Source: an uncultured bacterium
GTDB taxonomy: Bacteria; Patescibacteriota; Minisyncoccia; UBA6257; 2-01-FULL-56-20
Direction: 5' to 3'
Length of the DNA stretch: 64,000 nucleotides
NCBI GenBank assembly: GCA_963696395.1
Contig: CAVOJZ010000002.1
Location: 134,433-198,432, forward strand
Part shown: positions 1 to 9,699 of the stretch, in pieces
Numbering within the stretch: position 1 is the first letter of the stretch
How the letters are laid out: each line of letters opens with the position of its first letter
Program-made: the position numbers and the translations under genes
Notes under the pieces: generated by a model
Seen by the model: the letters and a program-made list of their open reading frames with translations, nothing else
What the model was told of the DNA's origin: nothing
Database searches by the model: none

Positions 1-551
1 CCCTCAAAGAGGAGCTTCACGAAGTGCACAAAGAAGACCCGGGAGCCCTCATCATTGAAGAGATGGGCGTCACTCACGGAGCGGCGCGAGTCGATATGGC
101 CGTCGTGAACGGCATGATTCACGGCTATGAATTGAAGAGTGATCTGGACACCCTTCGTCGCTTGCCGGAGCAAATGAAGGCGTACAACTCCGTTTTCGAT
201 CAGGTGACTCTGGTGGTCGGAAAACAGCACATATACGAAGCGATCAACGCCGTACCGGAATGGTGGGGCATCACGATTGCAAAAATCACTTCATCGAACG
301 GCTTCGTTTCATTTTGCACGATACGGGAAGCCGAAGAGAATCCGGACAAGGATAGTGTCGCCATCGCCGGTCTCTTGTGGCGAGACGAAGCACTCCACTT
401 GCTTGATGAAGCGGGCTGTGCGGAAGGAATCCGATCGAAGTCGCGACAGGTTTTATATGAACGGCTTGCCGTCGTTTTCGATCAACCGACGTTGCAGACG
501 AAAGTCCGGGAATGTCTGTCCGCTAGGACAATGTGGAGATTTGCGAAATGA
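1..551 (+). CDS. sce7726-family protein (PD-(D/E)XK-like), 5' end outside the window
   Basis: The frame is open from position 3. Motifs EE..ARVDMAVVNG..GYELKSDLDTLRRLPEQ..Y..VFD, PEWWG and LLWRDEA resemble the sce7726 family. Confidence 0.75.
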   Translation, partial: LKEELHEVHKEDPGALIIEEMGVTHGAARVDMAVVNGMIHGYELKSDLDTLRRLPEQMKAYNSVFDQVTLVVGKQHIYEAINAVPEWWGITIAKITSSNGFVSFCTIREAEENPDKDSVAIAGLLWRDEALHLLDEAGCAEGIRSKSRQVLYERLAVVFDQPTLQTKVRECLSARTMWRFAK

Positions 552-1626
552 CGCAAGCAAGATGATGATTGATGCCTATCACGAGCCATGTCGTGGCGTT
601 ACCCGTTTGTTTTGACGAAAGATCTTTGCCTCTTGATTTGATCTGGGCATCGCCGTAACTGAAATTTTCGCCGAACTTCTTGTATTCCGGAAGTTCCGAT
701 AAAATACGGGCGTTGGCGAGATATTGTTGGGATTTTCCCCGCTGTCCGCGCATGACGATCCATTCGTCGTTAAGCGTGTAACGGATGCTCGCACTCGGCG
801 CAAAGAATTGGGTGGACTCTTTATAGATCGGATGCTGAATCGTGTAATCCGCGAAAGACGGATGGCGTTTCAATTTGGCATTTCGCTGTTGCGACCAATT
901 TTTCCAATCCGATCGGGGAAGCGGATTTTTCTCGCCGACCTTGCATCCGTTCAAATCGACGGGAAACGCACCGCTTGCGAAGATGAACGTTCGCCACGCC
1001 GTAAGATTCGGAATTTGTTGGCACAGGCTGAGGATGACGGGATACTCGTTATTCTCATCCTCTTTGAGGTCAACCAACAGGTCGATTTTGTCGACCGGTA
1101 CGCTGCATGAAGACAAAAATGAATCGAGACGCTTCATCAGATCCGGCATGTCCTTGAAATCCGAGCGAACCAAGCGAAGACATAAACCGTGGCCGTATTT
1201 TTTTGCGAGCGAGCACGAAACTTTTCCGACCTCTTCATCCGAACTCAAATTGACCACCGGAATCAAAGAAGCTCCGAGTGTCTCCCCGACCGTCAAAATC
1301 TGATTCATGCTTTCCGCTCGCAGCTCAGGGGTATAGAGCAAGCTGACGTCGATGAACATGGGATCGGCACCCCACTCTTTCGCGATCTCTTCGGGGATCG
1401 TTTGTAATTTTGTTCGCAAAGATCCCACTACCTCCACAAGTTGTTCTTCCCGTGTTTTCGTCTGACTTGGATTTTTGGGCGTTTTCGGACTTGGCATGAC
1501 AAGCTGGATCAACGGAGAAACAAGTTTCTTCTTTTCTGCGTCCAGACGAGCGACCAGTTCATTCAAAGCCCGCCGCTCGGCGGCTTTCCATTTCAATATC
1601 GGGATATAGTGTTCTTGATTAAACAT
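523..1626 (-). CDS. beta-family protein (T4 beta-like / sce7725-like)
   Basis: Motifs YIPILKWKAAE..AL, SGAFP, FADYTIQHP, SIRYT, FSYGD, GNATTW..GINHH. An alternative start lies at 1647. Confidence 0.8.
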   Translation of the reverse strand: MFNQEHYIPILKWKAAERRALNELVARLDAEKKKLVSPLIQLVMPSPKTPKNPSQTKTREEQLVEVVGSLRTKLQTIPEEIAKEWGADPMFIDVSLLYTPELRAESMNQILTVGETLGASLIPVVNLSSDEEVGKVSCSLAKKYGHGLCLRLVRSDFKDMPDLMKRLDSFLSSCSVPVDKIDLLVDLKEDENNEYPVILSLCQQIPNLTAWRTFIFASGAFPVDLNGCKVGEKNPLPRSDWKNWSQQRNAKLKRHPSFADYTIQHPIYKESTQFFAPSASIRYTLNDEWIVMRGQRGKSQQYLANARILSELPEYKKFGENFSYGDAQIKSRGKDLSSKQTGNATTWLVIGINHHLACVISQISTLS

Positions 1627-1630
1627 GTTT

Positions 1631-2851
1631 TTATTTATTCCACGCATGCTCCGAAAAATATTTTCGAACCTTTGACTGCGTCATGATCGAATTCAAATAC
1701 TGGTAATTTCCGCCTTCGTAACGCATTTTCCCCGCCACGATCGCGATGTGGACGCCCAGATCCTTGGCCAAGCTTTCGGCGGCGATCGGCGACGGAATGA
1801 GCCGAGCGGGACTGTTGTCCCATTTCGCCGAAGGGACGAGTGTTTCTCCGGCAAGACGATCCGCATCGCCTTCCCGATGATCGTTCGGATCGGGATTGTC
1901 GAGATCGTCGTAAAACAGATTCGCTCCGTCATCGTAATGCAATGCTATATGGGCAAGTTCGTGCATGAGCGTGAACCAGAAATTATCGAGGCGATCGTGG
2001 CGAAGCGTCAATCCGATCACCGGATGTTTGTCGAACGCGAGCGTCGCGCCGTCGAGATAAGTTCTCGAGAAAGACGGCTCGACGACCAAAACGATCCCGT
2101 GCTTTTTCAGGAAATCAACGGCGCGAAGCGGCCCGTCGCTTTCGGCGCTCAAACGGACAAGCGTCCGCATGAATTCGGAGGTGATTGCCCCCTTTTTGAA
2201 CGGAGAAACATTTTTTACGGTGCGGGCTTTTTTGACGACATATGCCGACCATGCGGCAAGCGCATGCTTGTCCATGGGGCGAACGGAACGATACGTCGAT
2301 TTGCGCAACATGCCGAAGAGAGCCGCGGGCGATCCCACTGGACGGAAGAAATCTTCCATCAAATCGGCGATGTCGACGTTCTTCAACAACCGTTTGCCGA
2401 AATAGCCGCGCTCCCCCATTTCTTTTATCGGAAATTGATTCCAAGCGACGCCCTCTGGATTCCTGAATTCATCCACTTCTTTGACGAGCACCTTCGCGGG
2501 AATGCCGAGATTCGCCTCGAGCGAACGGATCATCGAGAGCGTCAAGGGGCGTTTGCGGGAAAGTATTTCCGAAACTTTGCTGCGGCTGCCGATATACGGA
2601 ATGAGATCGGTCGGTTTCAAATTTTGCTGTTCCATGCGAAAAAGAATCGCATCGACCGGATCCGGCAACGTCTCCGGAAAAGCTTTCGATTCATAATCAC
2701 GGATCAACGTGCCGAGCACGCTCAATTTTTCGCCAGCTTCCGATTCGGGATCGGGATCTTGCGCCATGAGCGACTCGATCATGGCAAGCGCCATCCGGTG
2801 ATCTTCTTCAGTTTTGATGATTTTGATTTTATCCATGTTCATATTCGCCAC
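1631..2851 (-). CDS. higA: HigA-type HTH antitoxin fused to an ImmA/IrrE zinc metallopeptidase
   Basis: N-terminal HigA HTH (PDPVDAILFRMEQ..SRSKVSEILSRKRPLTL) and a C-terminal HExxH motif (FWFTLMHELAH). Confidence 0.9.
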   Translation of the reverse strand: MANMNMDKIKIIKTEEDHRMALAMIESLMAQDPDPESEAGEKLSVLGTLIRDYESKAFPETLPDPVDAILFRMEQQNLKPTDLIPYIGSRSKVSEILSRKRPLTLSMIRSLEANLGIPAKVLVKEVDEFRNPEGVAWNQFPIKEMGERGYFGKRLLKNVDIADLMEDFFRPVGSPAALFGMLRKSTYRSVRPMDKHALAAWSAYVVKKARTVKNVSPFKKGAITSEFMRTLVRLSAESDGPLRAVDFLKKHGIVLVVEPSFSRTYLDGATLAFDKHPVIGLTLRHDRLDNFWFTLMHELAHIALHYDDGANLFYDDLDNPDPNDHREGDADRLAGETLVPSAKWDNSPARLIPSPIAAESLAKDLGVHIAIVAGKMRYEGGNYQYLNSIMTQSKVRKYFSEHAWNK

Positions 2852-3123
2852 TTCATATACTCTTCGTGAGTTCCGGCCTTTTTGACGAGAACCATCTGAT
2901 TCTTGTAACTCACCTGCACGAGCAACCGATACTTGTTGCCCTTGATATTGAAAACGACGTGTCGATCGGCCAAAAAACTTGCGCTCCCATATCTGACCTT
3001 GATATCGGGGGGTTTATCCCACCGAGCGACATCAACCTCGGCGACCCAGGCATCAATTTGCGAACCGGCATCTTGATGCCTGGCTTTGAAATCCGCAATG
3101 ATGTTTTTGCCGAAGATTTGCAT
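2839..3123 (-). CDS. higB: HigB-family type II toxin (mRNA interferase)
   Basis: Motif VVFNIKGNKYRL...GTHEEY. Lies upstream of and overlaps higA. Confidence 0.92.
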   Translation of the reverse strand: MQIFGKNIIADFKARHQDAGSQIDAWVAEVDVARWDKPPDIKVRYGSASFLADRHVVFNIKGNKYRLLVQVSYKNQMVLVKKAGTHEEYMKWRI

Positions 3124-3157
3124 CGTGATGGTTGGGAAGCTTCTACTCTTAAATATG

Positions 3158-3200
3158 TTCCCATATAGGGAATACTATACCGACCAAATTGGCCTGTCAA
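3158..3200 (-). promoter_or_regulatory. higBA promoter with palindromic operator
   Basis: TTGACA-17-TAGTAT on the - strand, followed by the palindrome TTCCC-ATATA-GGGAA (3158-3172). Confidence 0.65.
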
Positions 3201-3404
3201 TACCCTCTTCTATATGGCCATTTGGGCTGGACTTTTTAATCAAGCCGCGCCATCATTGATGGTACAACTGAATATCAGATAGAGACCTAACCCCGTCAAG
3301 CTTTTCAAGGCTTTTCGGGCATGGTCGCAAACACGCAACGAGCATAAAGATCCCATCATCAGGATCGCTCGTTGCGTCGCGCGGGGAAACTCGTGCGGGA
3401 GCCT

Positions 3405-3467
3405 AAAAAACTCCGCCTGGTGGTGGGTTTTTTGTAACTCGCCGCCGGAAAGGTCGGCGAGTTTTTT
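3405..3467 (+). terminator. two tandem terminator-like hairpins
   Basis: Stem-loops at 3405-3433 and 3436-3467, each followed by a T run. Confidence 0.6.
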
Positions 3468-3494
3468 AGCATTGAAAAATAAATTAATGAAAAC

Positions 3495-4307
3495 ATGGAA
3501 ACACCAAAACCACCGCAGAAAAGTTTTGCATCAAAACACCCGATATGGATGATTATCATCATCGGCGTTCCGGTCGTCCTCTTCTTCAACGCGTTGGCCA
3601 ACGACGGATCATCGAACAATGCGACGACAACCCCTCCGTCGCAACAAGTCGCGGCGACGCAAACGGACACGCCGCCCGCGAATCTTCTTGCCCTCAAGAG
3701 CATCAATTATTATCGCAACGCCTTCAATGAACCGTGCGCGAACGGAGAGGTCGCGAACATCAGCGATCAAACGTTGAGTTTCGTGGAAGCGAACATCAAC
3801 TATAACGACAAGAACGGAAACCTCGTCACTCCCGACCAAACCTATCTGAGCGTCGACAATCTTTCACCAGGACAGACGGCGACCTTCGAAGACTGCGCCG
3901 ATTCGGGCACGGGCATCGTGCTTGCGCAAACGACGATATCTTTCACCGGAGAATTCGGCGGTTCGACGGACAACGATACCATTCCTTTTGAAGACGACAC
4001 GAAACAAGCCGCGCCCGTCACCGCTCCCGCTTCCGTAAACACCTCGAATCAATCCTCTCCGGCGGCGGACCCCTCCCCTGCGCCCGCACCGGCGGCAACG
4101 ACCGCGAATACCGGTTGGTCGTCATACGCCGCGACGGGCTTTCAAGCGATCCTCGACGATCCGAACTATTATCTCGGCGACAAAGTACAAGTGACGGGCA
4201 TGGTGTTCGATTTCCTTGGTGCGGGCGGGCGCGGAGGCACCGATAATTATATCGAGATCGAAGATCAAGATTGCTCCGAAAAGATCCATTTACGACGCGC
4301 TCCTTAA
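3495..4307 (+). CDS. membrane-anchored FxLYD-domain protein, C-terminus probably truncated
   Basis: TM helix, then GEVAN..INYNDKNGNLV..NLSPGQTATF, a Pro/Ala linker and the start of an OB-fold-like segment. Confidence 0.7.
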   Translation: METPKPPQKSFASKHPIWMIIIIGVPVVLFFNALANDGSSNNATTTPPSQQVAATQTDTPPANLLALKSINYYRNAFNEPCANGEVANISDQTLSFVEANINYNDKNGNLVTPDQTYLSVDNLSPGQTATFEDCADSGTGIVLAQTTISFTGEFGGSTDNDTIPFEDDTKQAAPVTAPASVNTSNQSSPAADPSPAPAPAATTANTGWSSYAATGFQAILDDPNYYLGDKVQVTGMVFDFLGAGGRGGTDNYIEIEDQDCSEKIHLRRAP

Positions 4308-4600
4308 TGTTTGGGGGGTTCGGATTTATGCCCGCTCTGCACCATACTCTTAATAAGAACCCCGACAAAAATCACTGCTCCTATAGGATCGAAAACATAA
4401 AAGAAATTGCTAACCGTAGAAAGAATATTCGCGGAGGCATGCGAAAGTATCAAATATTCATAAATCAACTCGCCGACGAAACCTATTGTCCCCACTCCCA
4501 AAAGCCAAAGAATATCTTTGTCCTTATTTTTTTTCCAAAGATAAATATTCCATGCCAGAAATATCGCCCAAAGAATTATGTAGATAATGCGCGAATTCAT
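4304..4600 (-). CDS. small 3-TM membrane protein
   Basis: 98-aa hydrophobic ORF in AT-rich sequence. Confidence 0.6.
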   Translation of the reverse strand: MNSRIIYIILWAIFLAWNIYLWKKNKDKDILWLLGVGTIGFVGELIYEYLILSHASANILSTVSNFFYVFDPIGAVIFVGVLIKSMVQSGHKSEPPKH

Positions 4601-4738
4601 TTAATTTAATATTATGGTTTCGTCGAGGGGAATAATTGACTATAACCTTCCCCATACGCATTTACTCCTCCGCTAAAAGTATACTTAGATTGAGCATTTT
4701 GACCAGGCAATAGAACTGGACCACCGCCCCCGCCAAAA

Positions 4739-4933
4739 CTACCTCGGAGGGGTGGGAGGTTGAACGGGAGGATTGACGGAATTCGTTGCCGTAGCAACCG
4801 ATGGTGATACAGATGAGATTGGTTGAGGGATCTGCGCTTGTTGGGCCTTGTAATACCAAAACCCGCCGATCACGACGATCGCCAAAATCACAACGAGAAC
4901 AACTACGAGTGACCCGAATCCTCGGCGGTGCAT
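4739..4933 (-). CDS. short protein with a pilin-like N-terminus, possibly a fragment
   Basis: MHRRGF followed by a hydrophobic helix. Extended -10 TGCTAAGAT lies 7 nt upstream. Confidence 0.5.
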   Translation of the reverse strand: MHRRGFGSLVVVLVVILAIVVIGGFWYYKAQQAQIPQPISSVSPSVATATNSVNPPVQPPTPPR

Positions 4934-5151
4934 TAGCTTAATCTTAGCAAATCGAGGTTGCCCAGTCTGTGGATTCGAGCCGTATCGTGTTGCATCCCAC
5001 GCTCAATATGCCACCTTTTATTCTTGTCTCGCATGCCACCTAATGAATACTGCGGATCATGCCGAGGTCGATGCTGCGGTCCGCTCTCTTTCGTGGGAGA
5101 ACATCCGGTCGATCATGAGGAGAACAATTAAATAACGGGGTTGATTTTGAT

Positions 5152-5340
5152 ATGGAATACACGCCCACTGTGCACGAGGTCCAAGATCTTATCGAGGACT
5201 TCGCACAGGATTTTGGCGTAACCCTACCATTCGAGGACGCTGAGCGTATGCTCATCTTGCATGAGGAACTCTGCCTTCTTTTTGAGAAGTATTCGGAAGG
5301 AGAGCCGATTCCTCCGCATCTCGCCTTGAGCGATAGCTAA
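5152..5340 (+). CDS. hypothetical protein
   Basis: 62-aa acidic ORF with an ATG start. Confidence 0.5.
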   Translation: MEYTPTVHEVQDLIEDFAQDFGVTLPFEDAERMLILHEELCLLFEKYSEGEPIPPHLALSDS

Positions 5341-5450
5341 CGCTGGGGCATTCGATTTCCCCCTGGAACTACCGTACGAATAGCGCCTTGGTTCGATTCC
5401 CCTTAGGGATATGCGACGCAAAGGTGTGGTTTTATGCGGACTAAAACGTG

Positions 5451-5522
5451 TAGCTCCAGGGGGAATCGAACCCCCATTTGCGCCGTGAGAGGGCGCCGTC
5501 CTAGCCATTAGACGATGAAGCC
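5451..5522 (-). tRNA. tRNA-Glu(CTC)
   Basis: Cloverleaf; anticodon arm GCGCC-CTCTCAC-GGCGC. Confidence 0.95.
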
Positions 5523-5570
5523 AGTATCGGAAAGATTATAGGAAGAAAGCCGCCGCCCCGCAAGGCAAAA

Positions 5571-6866
5571 TCAGTGCGGCGTCTGATCTCTGATCTCTTC
5601 CACCACCTTATTCAACTCCATCGCATGCGATCCTTTAACAAGCACCACGTCGCCTTTGCGCAAAAAATCCTGTATCGGCTTACGGGCTTCGTCGGCTGTA
5701 TCAAAACTTACGACGCGCTCGCGTTTCATTTTTGTCGCGCGAGCCGTTTCGGCGATAAACTTCGCGCGTGGGCCAACCGTGAATAAGGCATCCGCAGATT
5801 CGGCGGCCAATTTTCCCATACGTTCATGAACTTCAAGCGTGTATTTCCCGACCTCAAGCATATCCCCCAGTACGGCCACCCGACGCTTCGCCGGAAGCTC
5901 GCGGAGCGCATCGAGCGCCGATTGCATGGCGATCGGGCTTGCATTATACGAGTCATCGAGGATCCAAGTGAACTTTATTCCTGGCACGATTTGCATCCTT
6001 GCTTCGGCGGCTTTATACCCTGAAAGTGCTTCGGAGATGGCGACCAGGTTCATGCCAAACATGATGCCTACTGCTGCCGCAGCGGCGGCGGAATACGCAT
6101 GGGCGCGACCAAAGACCCCGTCGATACGCACCGGCACAACGCCGCTTCCATATTCCAATTTAAACGAGATGCCCATCGGCCTCCCCTCGGAGTCGCTCCG
6201 ATTTTCGAACCGCGAAACTCGCACTTCAACATCGCGGTTGAAACCATAGGTCATCACATGCGCCCGCGTACGTGATTGCAGATTACGAACAAGTTCGTCG
6301 TCACCATTCAATATGGCGTATCCTTCTGCCGGAAGATATTCAATGAGCCTCCCTTTTTCACGGGCGACTTCCATAGGACCCGGATAAAATTCCACATGCA
6401 CCGGCACATCGCCTACGGCCGTGATAATGCTCACGTTCGGACGGGCAATGGTTAATAAATATTTAATATCTCCGGGCCGGTCGGCGCCGTATTCAAGGAC
6501 AAGAATTTCCGGATATTCGCCGGACTTGAAAACAATCCTCCAGAGAGATGAGAAAACCACCTTAATCCAGAAACCGGCCTTGGCAAGCCGCGCGGTCCCA
6601 GCCGGCGTTTCCCGGCTGATAAGCTTTAAGTCACCGGCTTTCCAATCACCGAGAATCGCGAGCGGCAACCCGAGATCGTTATTTAAATTTCCCTCCAGCA
6701 CGCGTACCCGACGCCCTTTCTCAAGGACGGCCTTCACTGCAAGCTTGGTAGACGTTTTTCCGGCGCTTCCGGTAATGCCAATCACGCCGGGTCGATAGCG
6801 CCACAAGGTGAGCTGAGCCAATTTGCGCAAGATCGCCCGCAGCATTGAAACGAAAAATTTTTTCAT
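5571..6866 (-). CDS. murF: UDP-MurNAc-tripeptide--D-Ala-D-Ala ligase
   Basis: Motifs GITGSAGKTSTK, DDSYNASP, LGDMLEVG, VLVKGS. Confidence 0.92.
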   Translation of the reverse strand: MKKFFVSMLRAILRKLAQLTLWRYRPGVIGITGSAGKTSTKLAVKAVLEKGRRVRVLEGNLNNDLGLPLAILGDWKAGDLKLISRETPAGTARLAKAGFWIKVVFSSLWRIVFKSGEYPEILVLEYGADRPGDIKYLLTIARPNVSIITAVGDVPVHVEFYPGPMEVAREKGRLIEYLPAEGYAILNGDDELVRNLQSRTRAHVMTYGFNRDVEVRVSRFENRSDSEGRPMGISFKLEYGSGVVPVRIDGVFGRAHAYSAAAAAAVGIMFGMNLVAISEALSGYKAAEARMQIVPGIKFTWILDDSYNASPIAMQSALDALRELPAKRRVAVLGDMLEVGKYTLEVHERMGKLAAESADALFTVGPRAKFIAETARATKMKRERVVSFDTADEARKPIQDFLRKGDVVLVKGSHAMELNKVVEEIRDQTPH

Positions 6867-6872
6867 AAAAAT

Positions 6873-8510
6873 TTAATGGGTTGCGCCAATCCTGTCGGGA
6901 GGAATATTGTAATAATTGATGATGTACTGCGACAATTCTTTAAATGCGGGAACGACGCTTTCTGCCGCGAGCGAGGTGCTGGGAAGCGTGTTCAAACGGA
7001 TAAGCGCGATAAAGCGCGGATTTGAAGCTGGACCAAAGCCAATGTAGGAATCGATCAGGTTATTCGTGTAGCCTCCATGGACAAGATCGGGGATGAATGC
7101 GCTGCCGGTCTTTCCCGCAAGCGAATAGCCCTCGATATTCGCGACCTGGGCTTTATCAACCGCAGACACCATCATCTGCGTCACCTGCGCCGCAGTGCTC
7201 GTCGAGATAACGCGCCGAATCGGCAACGGCGAGAGGTCAGCGTTCAAATACGGCCGCATCAAGGTTCCCCCGTTCGCAATTGCGCTGATGGCTGTTAAAA
7301 GTTCGATCGGCGTCATGGAAATTCCCTGCCCGTATGCCGCGGTGTCAAAATTGATCTGCGGCGCCTTCGGCGTCAGCTCACGCAGATTTCCCGCAACTTC
7401 GCCCGGCAGGTCAATGCCGGTTTTCTCATCAAGCCCGAATTTTTTGAGATACGAATCGAATATGCCGTCTCCGATCTGATTTTCAGCAAAAATGGCACCG
7501 GTATTGATCGAGTGCTCGATGACTTCCGTCATCGTCGTGCCCGGACCGTATGGCCCGTGAGTCGTGTAGTCGTAATTCGTAATGGTAGCCGGGCCGATTT
7601 TCAAAAACCCTTTGTCATCATAGGTGGTATCAGGCGTAATTTTTCCCGCATCAATGCCGGCAGCCATGGTAATAACCTTTAGGATGGATCCGGGTTCGTA
7701 AACCGCTTGCACGTTGGTATTCAAAAAATTGCCGATTGGAGAATCGCCGTAGTTGTTCGGATCAAAACTCGGATCGCCCCCCATCGCAAGAATTTTTCCG
7801 GTTTGCGGGTCGGCGACAATCACGCTCCCTCCCGTCGCACCATTTGCCGTAACCAAGTCGTCGAGCACTTTCTCGGCTTCGATTTGAATATTAGGATCCA
7901 AGGTGAGCTGGAGATCGGATCCTCCGGCAATTGACGGACCGCTTGTGGCGACCCCCTCGAGATAATCATTGTAAAATCCCTCGAGCCCATAGTGCCCGCT
8001 TTCGCCGCTGTTATCGGCGTTGGGGCCGACATAACCCAGTACCTGCGCCGCAACCGTGCTCAACGGATAATAACGATCATCTTCGAGGTCGGAATACACT
8101 CCTTTAATATTCGCTGCTTCGACCTGAGCCGCAATGCTCGGATCTGCTTTTCTCACCAAGAGTTCATATGAATCATCTTTTTTTGCAAATACATTCTCGA
8201 GAGTTGTAACTGGCATATTGAGAATCGGCGCGATGGTATTTGCGGCTTCCTGCACGTCATCGATTGATGACGGTACCGCGTAGATGATGGGGAATGCTTT
8301 TTCGATGGCAGCCGGCAGTTCGTTGCCGCTTTGGTCGGTGAAATAAATCGCTCCCCGTTCTCCGATTGCTCCCTGCGACGCCTCCGCTTCGGAAGCAGCC
8401 CGCGCAAAATAATAATCTCCTTTTACCAATTGAACCTGATAAAGATGGAAAAGCAGCGCTGCGTATCCGATAAAAACAAACCCAATAACTATCGAGAAAC
8501 GATAGGCCAT
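6873..8510 (-). CDS. ftsI: class B penicillin-binding protein FtsI
   Basis: Motifs YEPGSILK (SxxK), SIN and GKTGS; dcw cluster context. Confidence 0.88.
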   Translation of the reverse strand: MAYRFSIVIGFVFIGYAALLFHLYQVQLVKGDYYFARAASEAEASQGAIGERGAIYFTDQSGNELPAAIEKAFPIIYAVPSSIDDVQEAANTIAPILNMPVTTLENVFAKKDDSYELLVRKADPSIAAQVEAANIKGVYSDLEDDRYYPLSTVAAQVLGYVGPNADNSGESGHYGLEGFYNDYLEGVATSGPSIAGGSDLQLTLDPNIQIEAEKVLDDLVTANGATGGSVIVADPQTGKILAMGGDPSFDPNNYGDSPIGNFLNTNVQAVYEPGSILKVITMAAGIDAGKITPDTTYDDKGFLKIGPATITNYDYTTHGPYGPGTTMTEVIEHSINTGAIFAENQIGDGIFDSYLKKFGLDEKTGIDLPGEVAGNLRELTPKAPQINFDTAAYGQGISMTPIELLTAISAIANGGTLMRPYLNADLSPLPIRRVISTSTAAQVTQMMVSAVDKAQVANIEGYSLAGKTGSAFIPDLVHGGYTNNLIDSYIGFGPASNPRFIALIRLNTLPSTSLAAESVVPAFKELSQYIINYYNIPPDRIGATH

Positions 8511-8803
8511 TGCGAATTAACTGTATTGTATTGGGGTTTATTTTCCTGTACCAATCCGTCGCTCGCCGCTAGCGTTGCGGCCTGGTCAGCGCTCAATTTT
8601 GCCACAAGCTGGTTGCTTTCCGCAGTATTTGCGGCGCCGATGGCATCGAGTTCCGATTTCATGGCTTCAATATTGTGTCCAATATTTACCGTTTGGTTAT
8701 AAGCCACGACAAGCCAAAAAGTTCCTGCGAGAACAGCGAGGGTCATAAAGACCAACACGATATTAACTAAACTTTTTGGCTTATTGGGCTGTATGAATGT
8801 CAT
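8489..8803 (-). CDS. ftsL: FtsL-like bitopic membrane protein
   Basis: TM helix plus coiled coil, located between rsmH and ftsI. Confidence 0.55.
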   Translation of the reverse strand: MTFIQPNKPKSLVNIVLVFMTLAVLAGTFWLVVAYNQTVNIGHNIEAMKSELDAIGAANTAESNQLVAKLSADQAATLAASDGLVQENKPQYNTVNSQWPIVSR

Positions 8804-8811
8804 AGATTCTG

Positions 8812-9699
8812 CTAAGTAATTGTTGCCGCCCGGAGTTTTGCCGAACGACTTCGTGGATTATCCGCAATCTCTTCACGCGATGCCACTACCGGCTTTTTGT
8901 TTATCAACGATATGCCTCCTTCTTTTGCCAACTGCTGAAATTTCTTCTTCACGATGCGATCTTCGAGCGAATGGAAGCTCATGATCGCAACCCGGCCGCC
9001 GGGCTTAAGGACTTCATGGAGATTCTCGATTGCCTTCGCCAGATTTTCCAATTCGCCATTCGCATAGATACGCAATGCCTGGAATGTCCGCGTCGCCGGA
9101 TCGATCCTTCCACGCTCATAATTTCCCGGTACAGCGCTTCGGATGATATCGGCAAGTTCTCCGCTTGTCACGATATGTTTTTTCTTTCCGGCAATCTTTA
9201 TCGCTTTTGCGATTGCACGCGAGCGCCGCTCATCGCCGAACTGGTAAATGATATCGGCGAGCGATTCTTCGGTCTCTTCACGGATAATCTCGGCGACCGA
9301 ACGCTGTGACGGATCGTACGTCATAAGAAGCGGCTCTCCCCGAAACTCGTCGCGGAAACTGAATCCCCTGCCTGATTGCTCGAGTTGTTCGGAAGAAAAT
9401 CCAAGATCAAGAAGCAATCCGTCTGCTTTTGGAAGTTGCTCCTGTACTAGGATTTCCGGAAGGTCCGCATAATTTCCCCGGACATATCGCTCCCGATCCT
9501 GGTCCTTACGCTCCGCAATCCTTTTCCGGATCATTGTCTCATCCCAATCAATGCCAAGAAATGAGCCACCGGGCACGATGCGATCCATAATCGCTGCCGC
9601 ATGGCCGCCGCCGTCAACCGTACCGTCGATCATGAAATCGCCCGGATGCGGATCGAGCGCCTGCAAAACCTCATTTAAAAGAACTGGCTTATGGTGCAC
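8812..9699 (-). CDS. rsmH: 16S rRNA m4C1402 methyltransferase
   Basis: Motifs HKPVLL, DLGFSSEQL, FHSLEDRIVK, NPRSRSAKLR. Confidence 0.97.
   Translation of the reverse strand: MHHKPVLLNEVLQALDPHPGDFMIDGTVDGGGHAAAIMDRIVPGGSFLGIDWDETMIRKRIAERKDQDRERYVRGNYADLPEILVQEQLPKADGLLLDLGFSSEQLEQSGRGFSFRDEFRGEPLLMTYDPSQRSVAEIIREETEESLADIIYQFGDERRSRAIAKAIKIAGKKKHIVTSGELADIIRSAVPGNYERGRIDPATRTFQALRIYANGELENLAKAIENLHEVLKPGGRVAIMSFHSLEDRIVKKKFQQLAKEGGISLINKKPVVASREEIADNPRSRSAKLRAATIT

Larger units (their letters stand above)
1..5450. mobile_element. probable genomic island 3' of tRNA-Glu (other end outside the window)
   Basis: TA/defence-type genes and gene fragments abut the tRNA 3' end. No integrase is present in the window. 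Confidence 0.45.

Noticed and set aside
1748-2869. Long antisense ORF of 373 aa (similarly 58312-59511)
   Set aside because: Shadow frames of well-supported genes, with no recognisable motifs.
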